Shown piece by piece: positions 9,170-16,758 of a DNA stretch of 64,000 bases. Within the stretch, counting starts at the first letter, position 1; each line of letters begins with the position of its first letter. Position numbers and translations under genes: made by a program. A model generated the notes under the pieces. That model was given only the letters and a program-made list of their open reading frames with translations, was not told the DNA's origin and ran no database searches. The stretch spans positions 62,001-126,000 of the IMG/VR virus record IMGVR_UViG_3300030108_006260; one strand, 5' to 3'.

Positions 9170-9693
9170 TCCTGTTCAAGCTCTCCGTGCCAGTAAGTCC
9201 AGTTTACCCACTGCTCAGGAAGAGACATGTGAGGTTCAAGCCTAAATACTATAGCAGGAAGGTACTTGGGCTTAATTGGAACCTTTCGTAGCTTCATTCC
9301 TGCTTGTTCAGGCGTCTTACTTCCCTTGCGGTCGTTGCAAGGATAGCAACACATGACTATGTTCTCCCAGTTGGTAGCTCCTCCTCTAGAACGCGGAACT
9401 ACGTGGTCGTAGGTGAGTTTCTTAAGCGGAAGAGAATCACCACAGTACTGACATGAGTAGTCGTCCCTCAGTGCTACGTTTACCCTACTGAACCTTATGG
9501 GTCGCTTCTTCCTGCGCACTTTACGAAGTAGACGCACTACGGCAGGCATCTTGATTGTAATGGACACAGACCTAATATCCTCGTCATACTCCTCAAGGAT
9601 CTCGATCTTGTCCTCAAAAAACATGCAAATAGCCCTCTGCCAAGAAATGACGCGGTGAGGCTGGTAGGACTGATCTAATACTAAGGTACGCAT
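9166..9693 (-). CDS. HNH endonuclease (McrA-like bacterial family)
   Basis: TLVLDQSYQP N-terminus; CQYCG...TYDHVVPRSRGG...WENIVMCCYPCNDRKG. Confidence 0.92.
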   Translation of the reverse strand: MRTLVLDQSYQPHRVISWQRAICMFFEDKIEILEEYDEDIRSVSITIKMPAVVRLLRKVRRKKRPIRFSRVNVALRDDYSCQYCGDSLPLKKLTYDHVVPRSRGGATNWENIVMCCYPCNDRKGSKTPEQAGMKLRKVPIKPKYLPAIVFRLEPHMSLPEQWVNWTYWHGELEQD

Positions 9694-9723
9694 GACGCTC
9701 TCCGTTTGCTAGGGTTATTATGA

Positions 9724-11724
9724 TTATGGTTTTATTTGATGAGGAAATCCAAGGTAGTATCCTTGACCTAGAGTAACTCCTAGGCTCAGAAGAACTTTAA
9801 TGTCCTCTTCCGAGTTTACGCCTTCTGCAATGCAGTAAGCTCCTTGGGAGTCAACAGCGGCCACTAACCTAGACAACCTTTCCTTTTTCCATGGAGTAGA
9901 AGAAACATTCTCCACCCATATGCGATCTAGCTTTACAACATCAGGAGCTAGAACGATTACTGCGTTTATGGATGCATAGCCTGACCCCAAGTCATCCATG
10001 GCTAACTTTATTCCGTACTTTCGTGCTGTATTTCGTACATCGATATAGTTAGAATAACTTTCCAGAACTTGCTTCTCGCTAAGCTCAAGGCACACATTCA
10101 TACCTTCAAGAGAAGAAAGAAATTCTTCTGTAAGAGACCCGAAAGTAGCGGGGTAGAGATTCACAGAAGCATGCATAAGACCCTCTTTTTTGGCTGCCCC
10201 TATACAAGTGTCTAATGCTATCAAATCTACCTTATTCAGGATACCGGCTGAAGAAGCCGACCTGAACAGTATGTCGGGGTTGGTGAATACCTTATGACGA
10301 ACAAGATATTCTCCCCCAATAACTTCTCTCGTATTCAAATCAACAATAGGCTGTACTACTGCATAGTACAAAGAAGGGTCGAGTAGGCTCTCCTCCGTCT
10401 CAGAACCAGGGTAGTCATATGGAGTACCTATTACAACTCTATTTTTACCCGATGCCTTTGCTTTCAACAAGTGAGGAGAAGAGAGCCTGATAAGGTCATC
10501 AATACTTGTAATGTCGGGTGTAAGTTCTATAAGAGCAGCACTGGCCGTGATGGGAAGTTCGTGCTCTTCTTGCCTTATGACCTTCTCAGATAGTCTAGAG
10601 GTGAAAGCAGTACACATCAACTCTGCCTGCGCAAGATTATTGGCAAGGAACAGTACTAGGAATTCATCCCCTCCTATCCTAGAAACCCACGCAGGTCTTC
10701 CCATAACAGAACGAAGACACTCAGCTGTGTCTCGTAGAACCCTGTCACCTCCCGCTGTTCCAAGTAAATTATTAAGTTTCTTGAATCCATCCAGGTCCAG
10801 CAGCAGAGACCATCCCCTCTGTGGAGAGGCAGTAACAAGACCATGAAGCTGGTCTAAAGCGTTAGCCAGTCCTGCCCGGTTTAGGGCCTTTGTCAGGGGG
10901 TCTATGTGAACCATGTGCTCCAGCCTGGACCTCATGGATTTTATCTTTTTTAGAGAAGATTCTGCCTCACTAGCCTGGGCAGACACTCTTTGTATGTAGA
11001 ATATGGATATGCCTACAGCAATAGAAAGAGCGGAACCAAAAGAGAACAGAACAAAAACAAGACTTGTTTTAACGCCAGAGGACAGTAGAGCTATACTGAA
11101 GGCTAGAACTATGGATAGAGAGGCGAAGGGTACAATGTAATGAAATCCTTTGTACTCGTTCCTACTTCTTATCCAGTAAGACGCAGTAGAGTAAATAGAG
11201 ACCAAAAAGAAGTTAGTAGCAGTAGGCAAGGACATCTCATAGATGCCAGGCACCCAACTTCGGTCCCCTACAAGATATCCCAAAAGAGATGAAGTTGAAA
11301 TTGCTAAAACTAAAACATATGATGTGGAAGAAAAAACGAACTTCTTACTTATGCGTAAAATGTGAGCTAACCCCATAAGCACAAAGCCTACTGAGGTTAG
11401 AGGTGCTACCTTACTTCCTATGCCAGAAATATATATGAACCCATCTCCCTGTACAAGAGTATAAAACAGGGATAGAACACCTAATCCTACTGAAAGATAG
11501 GCCCCTACGTACGAGGATGGATTCCTTAAACTATAAACTAATACCAGTAATCCAATTGCAGTAACAGGGTGAGTTGTAGCACCTTGGCCAACAAATGCCA
11601 AAAGATAGCTAATACCAAACACCCACCCCAACAAGGTCCCCAAAGAGGTTAGTGCAACATACAACTGAACTACTGTGGCGACCTTACTCAGTAGATTTTC
11701 AAAATGTGTAGTCTCTTTATCCAC
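9724..11724 (-). CDS. membrane-anchored GGDEF-EAL c-di-GMP cyclase/phosphodiesterase
   Basis: About 7 TM segments; DPLTKALNR, DLDGFKKLNN, RIGGDEF; EAL domain with QPIVDL, EYLVR, SVNL, LELSE, DDLGSGY, VKLD, AEGV. Confidence 0.92.
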   Translation of the reverse strand: MDKETTHFENLLSKVATVVQLYVALTSLGTLLGWVFGISYLLAFVGQGATTHPVTAIGLLVLVYSLRNPSSYVGAYLSVGLGVLSLFYTLVQGDGFIYISGIGSKVAPLTSVGFVLMGLAHILRISKKFVFSSTSYVLVLAISTSSLLGYLVGDRSWVPGIYEMSLPTATNFFLVSIYSTASYWIRSRNEYKGFHYIVPFASLSIVLAFSIALLSSGVKTSLVFVLFSFGSALSIAVGISIFYIQRVSAQASEAESSLKKIKSMRSRLEHMVHIDPLTKALNRAGLANALDQLHGLVTASPQRGWSLLLDLDGFKKLNNLLGTAGGDRVLRDTAECLRSVMGRPAWVSRIGGDEFLVLFLANNLAQAELMCTAFTSRLSEKVIRQEEHELPITASAALIELTPDITSIDDLIRLSSPHLLKAKASGKNRVVIGTPYDYPGSETEESLLDPSLYYAVVQPIVDLNTREVIGGEYLVRHKVFTNPDILFRSASSAGILNKVDLIALDTCIGAAKKEGLMHASVNLYPATFGSLTEEFLSSLEGMNVCLELSEKQVLESYSNYIDVRNTARKYGIKLAMDDLGSGYASINAVIVLAPDVVKLDRIWVENVSSTPWKKERLSRLVAAVDSQGAYCIAEGVNSEEDIKVLLSLGVTLGQGYYLGFPHQIKP

Positions 11725-11744
11725 AAAATGAAAATAACAAATTA

Positions 11745-11981
11745 ATAGTCAAAGTATGCTGCTCTCCAACCTCCGCACAACTAGATATTTGAAAAAAGGC
11801 CTTATTCTCAAAATCTAAACTAGATCCCGCATGCACCTGCCCTACAGATGACACACCCTGCCGGATGTGCAAGTAGGGAGCCCCTCATTATTGATGGGTG
11901 GGAATCGAACCCTGAGTCCAGGGTGCAGTGGTCAGTTCGGCTAAAAACCCTGCCAAGGGCAGAGCAGCATACTTTGACTAT
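11745..11981. ncRNA. unassigned structured element closed by a perfect 21-bp inverted repeat
   Basis: ATAGTCAAAGTATGCTGCTCT (11745-11765) is the exact reverse complement of 11961-11981; internal hairpins; no ORF. Confidence 0.55.
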
Positions 11982-11998
11982 CAAAAGTTTATAAATAT

Positions 11999-12072
11999 TG
12001 GTACGGGATACTGGATTCGAACCAGTGTCTCAGCCTTGTAAGGGCCGTGCTAAACCACTCAGCTAATCCCGC
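11999..12072 (-). tRNA. tRNA-Val(TAC)
   Basis: Loop CTTACAA, T-arm GGTTCGAATCC, CCA. Confidence 0.95.
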
Positions 12073-12098
12073 TCTTGTATTTCTTCTTTTACAGAATA

Positions 12099-12173
12099 GG
12101 CGGAGGTAGAAGGGATCGAACCTACGACGACCCAGTTTCGAAGACTGGCGCTCTTCCTCTGAGCTATACCTCC
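12099..12173 (-). tRNA. tRNA-Arg(TCG)
   Basis: CCAGT-CTTCGAA-ACTGG; 3' end reads GCCT (CCA not fully encoded). Confidence 0.9.
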
Positions 12174-12176
12174 AGA

Positions 12177-12320
12177 GCTTGTTACTACGTGTTTGCGATT
12201 AGTTTAGAAGGTAGCTACTCCTTCTGCGTAAGCAACTCTACTCGCCGCTCTCGTTGAGATCCCGAGTTCCACTGTGCCTAACCATTGACTAGTATGATCG
12301 GCACGAGTGTAGTAACAAAC
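12177..12320 (-). ncRNA. unassigned multibranch RNA between the two tRNA-Arg genes
   Basis: 12-bp closing stem GTTTGTTACTAC/GTAGTAACAAGC enclosing hairpins GTGCC/GGCAC, TCTC/GAGA and AGAAGG/CCTTCT. Confidence 0.45.
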
Positions 12321-12396
12321 TGGCAGGGGTGGCAGGGATCGAACCTGCGCAAACCCAGTTTCGTAGACTGGTGCTCTTCCTCTGAGCTACACCCCT
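12321..12396 (-). tRNA. tRNA-Arg(ACG)
   Basis: CCAGT-CTACGAA-ACTGG, CCA. Confidence 0.95.
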
Positions 12397-12397
12397 G

Positions 12398-12468
12398 TGG
12401 AGTGGCGAGAAGGAATCAAACCTTCCTTAGCAGGGTTGCAACCTGCTTCGTTCTCAGAACATCACCAC
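12398..12468 (-). tRNA. tRNA-Cys(GCA), atypical D-arm and T-loop
   Basis: GCAGG-TTGCAAC-CCTGC, U73 discriminator, CCA; T-loop TTTGATT. Confidence 0.8.
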
Positions 12469-12469
12469 A

Positions 12470-12585
12470 AATCGCCACAAGTAGCACCTCCCGAGCAAGG
12501 TCCAATTCTACTTGTGACTTCCCGTCTCTCCGGGCTGTCACCTGCTTTTTCCATCCAACGGCCGCTGAGGGTTCGCGGGGATGCC
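12470..12585 (-). ncRNA. unassigned three-hairpin spacer RNA
   Basis: CATCC/GGATG + CCGC/GCGG; GTGAC-AGCCCGGAGAGACGGGAA-GTCAC; CAAGTAG/CTACTTG with inner ACCT/AGGT. Confidence 0.35.
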
Positions 12586-12660
12586 TGGAGCCCTAGCCCA
12601 GAATCGAACTGGGGTTTCATCTTTACCAAAGATGGGTACTAACCATTGTACTACTAGGGC
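12586..12660 (-). tRNA. tRNA-Thr(GGT)
   Basis: CATCT-TTGGTAA-AGATG, CCA. Confidence 0.95.
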
Positions 12661-12664
12661 TATT

Positions 12665-12750
12665 TGGCGGAAGGTTGAGGAGTCGAACCCCTACGCGTTA
12701 ACGCACCTCCGGGTTCAAACCGGATTGCCAACCACTTAGCGGAACCTTCC
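12665..12750 (-). tRNA. tRNA-Ser(TGA)
   Basis: TCCGG-TTTGAAC-CCGGA, long variable arm, CCA. Confidence 0.95.
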
Positions 12751-12751
12751 T

Positions 12752-12826
12752 TGGTGGGTCCGGAGGGACTTGAACCCTCAACCGTCAGGTTAAAAGCCTG
12801 CTGCACTACCATTGTGCTACGGACCC
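12752..12826 (-). tRNA. tRNA-Lys(TTT)
   Basis: Loop CTTTTAA, CCA. Confidence 0.95.
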
Positions 12827-12857
12827 GGTTGGGCCTTTTATAGTCGGCCAGGACTAG

Positions 12858-12930
12858 TGGAACCAGAGGGGATCGAACCCTCAGCCTCCTGCGTGCAAGG
12901 CAGGCGCTCTCCCAGTTGAGCTATGGCCCC
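12858..12930 (-). tRNA. tRNA-Ala(TGC)
   Basis: CCTGC-CTTGCAC-GCAGG, G3.U70, A73; followed by CTA rather than CCA. Confidence 0.93.
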
Positions 12931-12982
12931 TTTTTTAGAACGTATCACGTTTTCAATGAGAGTCAAGAAGATTGACTCAAAA

Positions 12983-13056
12983 TGGTACCGGGTGGGAGAA
13001 TCGAACTCCCGTATTGAGGACCAAAATCTCATGTCCTACCATTAGACGAACCCGGA
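12983..13056 (-). tRNA. tRNA-Gln(TTG)
   Basis: Loop TTTTGGT, CCA; 1:72 is a U.U mismatch. Confidence 0.92.
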
Positions 13057-13057
13057 A

Positions 13058-13144
13058 TGGCGGAAGGAACTGGAGTCGAACCAGATACCACGAGTGTACC
13101 AACGGCTTAGCAGGCCGCGCTAGTCCCAGACTAGGTTTCCTTCC
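13058..13144 (-). tRNA. tRNA-Ser(GCT)
   Basis: GCGGC-CTGCTAA-GCCGT, variable arm, CCA. Confidence 0.93.
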
Positions 13145-13147
13145 ATT

Positions 13148-13222
13148 TGGAGCGCCTGGAGGGAGTTGAACCCTCGCTTCTTGCTTGGCAAGCAAACGTG
13201 CCACCACCAACACTTCAGGCGC
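13148..13222 (-). tRNA. tRNA-Gly(GCC)
   Basis: Loop TTGCCAA, U73, CCA. Confidence 0.92.
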
Positions 13223-13226
13223 AAAA

Positions 13227-13304
13227 TGGTGGGAATGGGGAGACTCGAACTCCCTATCTCACGGGCCACAACCGTGTGCTTCGACCACTTTAGCTTCAGT
13301 CCCC
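13227..13304 (-). tRNA. tRNA-His(GTG)
   Basis: CACGG-TTGTGGC-CCGTG, extra 5' G, CCA. Confidence 0.93.
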
Positions 13305-13322
13305 ATAAAGACACAATAGTGC

Positions 13323-13409
13323 CGGTGGAGCGTGAAGGAATCGAACCTCATAGTACATAGACACTCGGTTTACAGCCGAGGGCAGGTCCCAGCCTGCTAT
13401 TCACGCTCC
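13323..13409 (-). tRNA. tRNA-Tyr(GTA)
   Basis: CTCGG-CTGTAAA-CCGAG, variable arm; 3' end reads CCG. Confidence 0.9.
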
Positions 13410-13955
13410 GGAATTCACGAAGTCCAAAATAACCTCGTTTAGGTAGGAAAGAACTCGTGGGTCTTTCTCGTCCCACTTATGCAGCATTAGAACGGAAAGG
13501 AGTTCATGGTTTCCCCAATTTTCAATGGCCTCAATGGCTGCTTCCCTTACAGCGGGATACTCTGATTTTAGTGCAGGTACTGCGAGTCTCTTGTGCCATG
13601 ACTCGATGCCTTCCATACGTCCCATCAAACGAAGGAAATCAGCAGCCACATGAATGTTTACGTCAGAGGGTAGTTCCTCCCAAAAAAGCAAGGTGGCACT
13701 CTTTAGGAAGTGAGACGAGAAAGTACCTGTAACGTGCAAACGAAGAGTATCCTCCATGCAATGACTTTTCCCATCGAATACAGGGTACTCGTGAAGGCTG
13801 GAAAGAAAAGAAGAAAAAGAAGAGTCTGTATCGTCTTCTTCATCGTGAAGTAGGCGATGAAGTTTTTCATTCATTAGTCGCTGCCTTACGAGAGCTTTCT
13901 TAGATAGGGATTTAATGGAATCCAGGGACAACTTAGTCTTTTCTTCTTCAGTCAT
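13401..13955 (-). CDS. HEAT-repeat-like helical protein embedded in tRNA cluster
   Basis: AVPALKSEYPAVREAAIEAIENWG...DEKDPRVLSYLNEVI matches a HEAT/PBS-lyase-like pattern. Confidence 0.6.
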   Translation of the reverse strand: MTEEEKTKLSLDSIKSLSKKALVRQRLMNEKLHRLLHDEEDDTDSSFSSFLSSLHEYPVFDGKSHCMEDTLRLHVTGTFSSHFLKSATLLFWEELPSDVNIHVAADFLRLMGRMEGIESWHKRLAVPALKSEYPAVREAAIEAIENWGNHELLSVLMLHKWDEKDPRVLSYLNEVILDFVNSGA

Positions 13956-14095
13956 ATGTATCCTGATGACAAAGGGCCGAGAGGACCCTCACGAGTAGTC
14001 TAGCGTCCATCCCCAATGGGGATCTTTGCGGACGCTTGCTTGCGCGTCGGCTTCAATCACATACATTAGTTCACCCTACTGTACTCTAGGTTACT

Positions 14096-14169
14096 TGGCG
14101 GAACGTACGGGGATCGAACCCGTCTCACCCGATAGACAGTCGGGCCGCATCCCAGATGCGCAACGCTCC
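14096..14169 (-). tRNA. tRNA-Asp(GTC)
   Basis: CCCGA-CTGTCTA-TCGGG, G73, CCA. Confidence 0.93.
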
Positions 14170-14170
14170 T

Positions 14171-14248
14171 TGGTGGACAGTTACGGAGTCGAACCGTAGT
14201 CCTAGTGAGGTCTTTCGATTTAACACTAGTCGAACCCTTCTACTGCCC
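14171..14248 (-). ncRNA. tmRNA tRNA-like domain (TLD) without mRNA-like domain
   Basis: GGGCAGT-AGAAGGGTTCGA-CTAGTG-(16-nt loop)-CACTAG-GAC-TACGG-TTCGACT-CCGTA-ACTGTCC-A-CCA: G3.U70, A73, stemless D-loop ending GG-N-TTCGAC, GAC linker. Same layout as the 5' and 3' ends of bacterial tmRNA. Confidence 0.8.
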
Positions 14249-14250
14249 GT

Positions 14251-14326
14251 TGGTACTGCTGGAAAGAATCGAACTTTCGTTTCCTGTGTATCAGACAGGT
14301 GCCCTAAACCATTGGACGACAGCAGC
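14251..14326 (-). tRNA. tRNA-Ile(GAT)
   Basis: CCTGT-CTGATAC-ACAGG, CCA. Confidence 0.95.
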
Positions 14327-14331
14327 AAAAT

Positions 14332-14943
14332 CTATTTAAGTAGCCTGTATTTGTGACGAATCAAGGACACTGCAACATTGTAGTCATGAGCCTTGTCTTT
14401 GAGCAGAGCATGGGATACCTTTTCCGCAAAAGGAGCATCCTTTACAAAGGACCAGAAAGCGTATGGCCAAACTCCTCTAACATCCAGTGAGCAGCAAAAA
14501 GACAAAAGCTTCGCGTCTAGAGAGGAAAGGGAATCTCTAGGAAAAATATAGTGTGATAGAAGAGAGAATGATGCGTTCTTTGACCACTCATCTGCCTTCT
14601 CAGACCCTTCCACGACGTAATATGTATAGTTATAACTTGAGGATTTTGTTTCGTATGGAGGCTCTCCAACCACAGAGGTACACCCGGATAGAGTTCCTTT
14701 TAAACGATCATGAAATATAAATAGATAGTAGTCTTTTCCTGGGGAGAAAGAGATAGGAAAGGGGTCTACTCCCCTTACAAGACCATCTTCCAACATCGAA
14801 GGTAGAAACCTAACACTGTCATGTCGACCGCAAGTTCCCCGAAGGGTTTCTCCGGTTTGAATTACAGAAGATCCTCGTACTACAGGAAAATCCTCAGTAG
14901 GATAACTTCCTTCAAATCCTACTACTGTTGGTTGATCACTCAT
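14332..14943 (-). CDS. hypothetical protein
   Basis: 203-aa ORF in co-directional order. Confidence 0.65.
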   Translation of the reverse strand: MSDQPTVVGFEGSYPTEDFPVVRGSSVIQTGETLRGTCGRHDSVRFLPSMLEDGLVRGVDPFPISFSPGKDYYLFIFHDRLKGTLSGCTSVVGEPPYETKSSSYNYTYYVVEGSEKADEWSKNASFSLLSHYIFPRDSLSSLDAKLLSFCCSLDVRGVWPYAFWSFVKDAPFAEKVSHALLKDKAHDYNVAVSLIRHKYRLLK

Positions 14944-14955
14944 ATCTCTGAAGAT

Positions 14956-15627
14956 TTACAGTAGGCGACACAGCTTAGGTGCGTAATCATAGTTACTCTC
15001 CACTAAAAGTGCAGTAAGTTCTGACAAGTATGTATCTTTCTCTTCTTGTGACTCCAGGTTAGTCACAAAGTAAGTCACATCTGTAGACTGTGTGTGAATA
15101 AGTAGGTCGTAAGAGTAGGTATTGAAAAAAACTCGTGTGACCTTCTTCTCATTAGGGGTAGCTAGCGGTACCTTCTCTGCGAGAGGGTAACCATTAGAAA
15201 TTTCTTCCATATGAGTGTATTCTTCTGAGTACACCGGGTAGAACTTGAAGTAGTTAGGAGGGTAAGACCTTGCATATCTTGATGTAGGAAACCACTCGTT
15301 CTTCATGAACTCAATAAGGTCTACTGCGTCACTTGCGTAATATACTACTTTATTTACCCTATCTATGACTACAAAAAATCGATCGTATTCACCTACTACC
15401 GTGGGTGATTTAAGTGGTAGGAACCTGTCCTCAAAGTATACTACGAAGGGTAGGTATAGGTACTTCCTATAACAACCTAGAACGGTATCCTTTGCTTTTT
15501 CAAAGTAAGTTTTCATTTTACCTATGGTACTTTCATAGAAAGTAATGCTTGGTACTCCCGGCTGGTTATGCTCCAGCTTGACGTCTTTATAAGAAACGCA
15601 TCCTAACTGATTAGATGACGGGAGCAA
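14956..15627 (-). CDS. hypothetical protein (Tyr/Phe-rich)
   Basis: 223-aa ORF. Confidence 0.65.
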   Translation of the reverse strand: MLPSSNQLGCVSYKDVKLEHNQPGVPSITFYESTIGKMKTYFEKAKDTVLGCYRKYLYLPFVVYFEDRFLPLKSPTVVGEYDRFFVVIDRVNKVVYYASDAVDLIEFMKNEWFPTSRYARSYPPNYFKFYPVYSEEYTHMEEISNGYPLAEKVPLATPNEKKVTRVFFNTYSYDLLIHTQSTDVTYFVTNLESQEEKDTYLSELTALLVESNYDYAPKLCRLL

Positions 15628-15738
15628 AATTTACTTCTTAAGTCCCCTAATATGAGGTCTCCGTAAATGAGTACGGACTGAGCTACGGGAGCGTGGAAAG
15701 GTTCTAGCACGAGAACCTTTCGTAAGTCAAGAGAAAAG

Positions 15739-16725
15739 TTAGAAAGAATCCAACTGGGACTTGAAGAAGTCGCGTCCCAAGGTCATTACTTTCTTATTTA
15801 CATCCTTGTAAGTCAATCCACTCTCTTCTAAATCTAGAGTACATTCTTTTTGAATGTCGTTTGCGAGCCACTTTAGAAAGGTTCCTGTGGAGGTGACATC
15901 CAGAGGATGCCCTTCTTCTTTTAGAAAGAAGATTCCCTGCGCAAGGCGTGCCTTACTGACTGCGTACTTTACAAAGGCATCAACCGATTCCAGTTTTTCC
16001 GGAGACATCTGTGGACCCTTCTTCCGGGGTGCCACCATCTTGTGCTTTTCCCCTTTCGACTTGAAGGGCAGCACTGGATTTCCAAAGTGCTCCCACATAG
16101 GAGTCCATACAACTCCTTCTCCGGTTCCTCTGATCCCAAAGTTTTCGCCCCAGGGGCAACAATCTTCCACATTGGCAGTAATAGACATTACTTCTTCCAT
16201 GAAGGAAGATCTGCTTTCGCTACTGCTGAAGTCGACACGGAGTGTGTACGAAGGAACAGCTAGGATAGAGTGGATCAATCCAGGAGAGGTCACGATTGCG
16301 TCAAGTGCTGGAACAGGTACGAGAGGCTGTCCCTTCTCTACCTCTGCATGAACAGAGAAAAGAACCCACTGCCGCTCGGGTAGACTGTTTACAGCTACCC
16401 CTTTCTGGATTCCAGGGCCTACCCACTCCCCAAACAGAACAATGTCAAACTCTGGGTCGATGGAAAGTTCCCGTCGAACAGAATCCTCGATCTTACGAAT
16501 CGACTTTTCGTGCTTTGATACAAAGGTAGCAAAACCAAAAGAATCGTTTCGTTCCTTTGTACGAGACTGAGGGATTAGTTCGCTAGGCGTACATCGTACT
16601 CCCGCGTTCGTACCATGAAGCTTCACTGTTCCACGGTACGTAACAACACTACGTGGTAGCTGACCAGACTTGTCTAGGTACCTAGCTACCTGATAAAAAG
16701 AATCGATTGATGGAAACTTGTGCAT
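15739..16725 (-). CDS. ATP-dependent RNA ligase (Rnl2-like nucleotidyltransferase)
   Basis: Motif I VKLHGTN, III LFGEW, IIIa VLF, IV GEGVVW, V FKSK; AGGAG SD upstream. Confidence 0.88.
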   Translation of the reverse strand: MHKFPSIDSFYQVARYLDKSGQLPRSVVTYRGTVKLHGTNAGVRCTPSELIPQSRTKERNDSFGFATFVSKHEKSIRKIEDSVRRELSIDPEFDIVLFGEWVGPGIQKGVAVNSLPERQWVLFSVHAEVEKGQPLVPVPALDAIVTSPGLIHSILAVPSYTLRVDFSSSESRSSFMEEVMSITANVEDCCPWGENFGIRGTGEGVVWTPMWEHFGNPVLPFKSKGEKHKMVAPRKKGPQMSPEKLESVDAFVKYAVSKARLAQGIFFLKEEGHPLDVTSTGTFLKWLANDIQKECTLDLEESGLTYKDVNKKVMTLGRDFFKSQLDSF

Positions 16726-16758
16726 TTATTTTTTTCTCCTGAAGGAACAGTGTCCCTC

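Noticed and set aside
11725-11990. c-di-GMP-I/II riboswitch upstream of the GGDEF-EAL gene
   Set aside because: I could not find the GEMM consensus (GNRA-capped P1, GCAAA junction, receptor-bearing P2); kept only as an unassigned structure.
12075-13360. Several 60-100-aa ORFs in the track across the tRNA cluster (also 14125-14356, 16682-16906, 17167-17395)
   Set aside because: They overlap well-formed tRNA genes and have no protein motifs.
13963-13969. CTGATGA hammerhead core
   Set aside because: No correctly placed GAAA or stems I-III; it lies on the strand opposite to local transcription.
11745-14248. Full-length or two-piece permuted tmRNA, RNase P RNA or SRP RNA
   Set aside because: No tag ORF or pseudoknots attached to the TLD, whose halves are in unpermuted order; no GAGGAAAGTCC or SRP helix-8 consensus seen.
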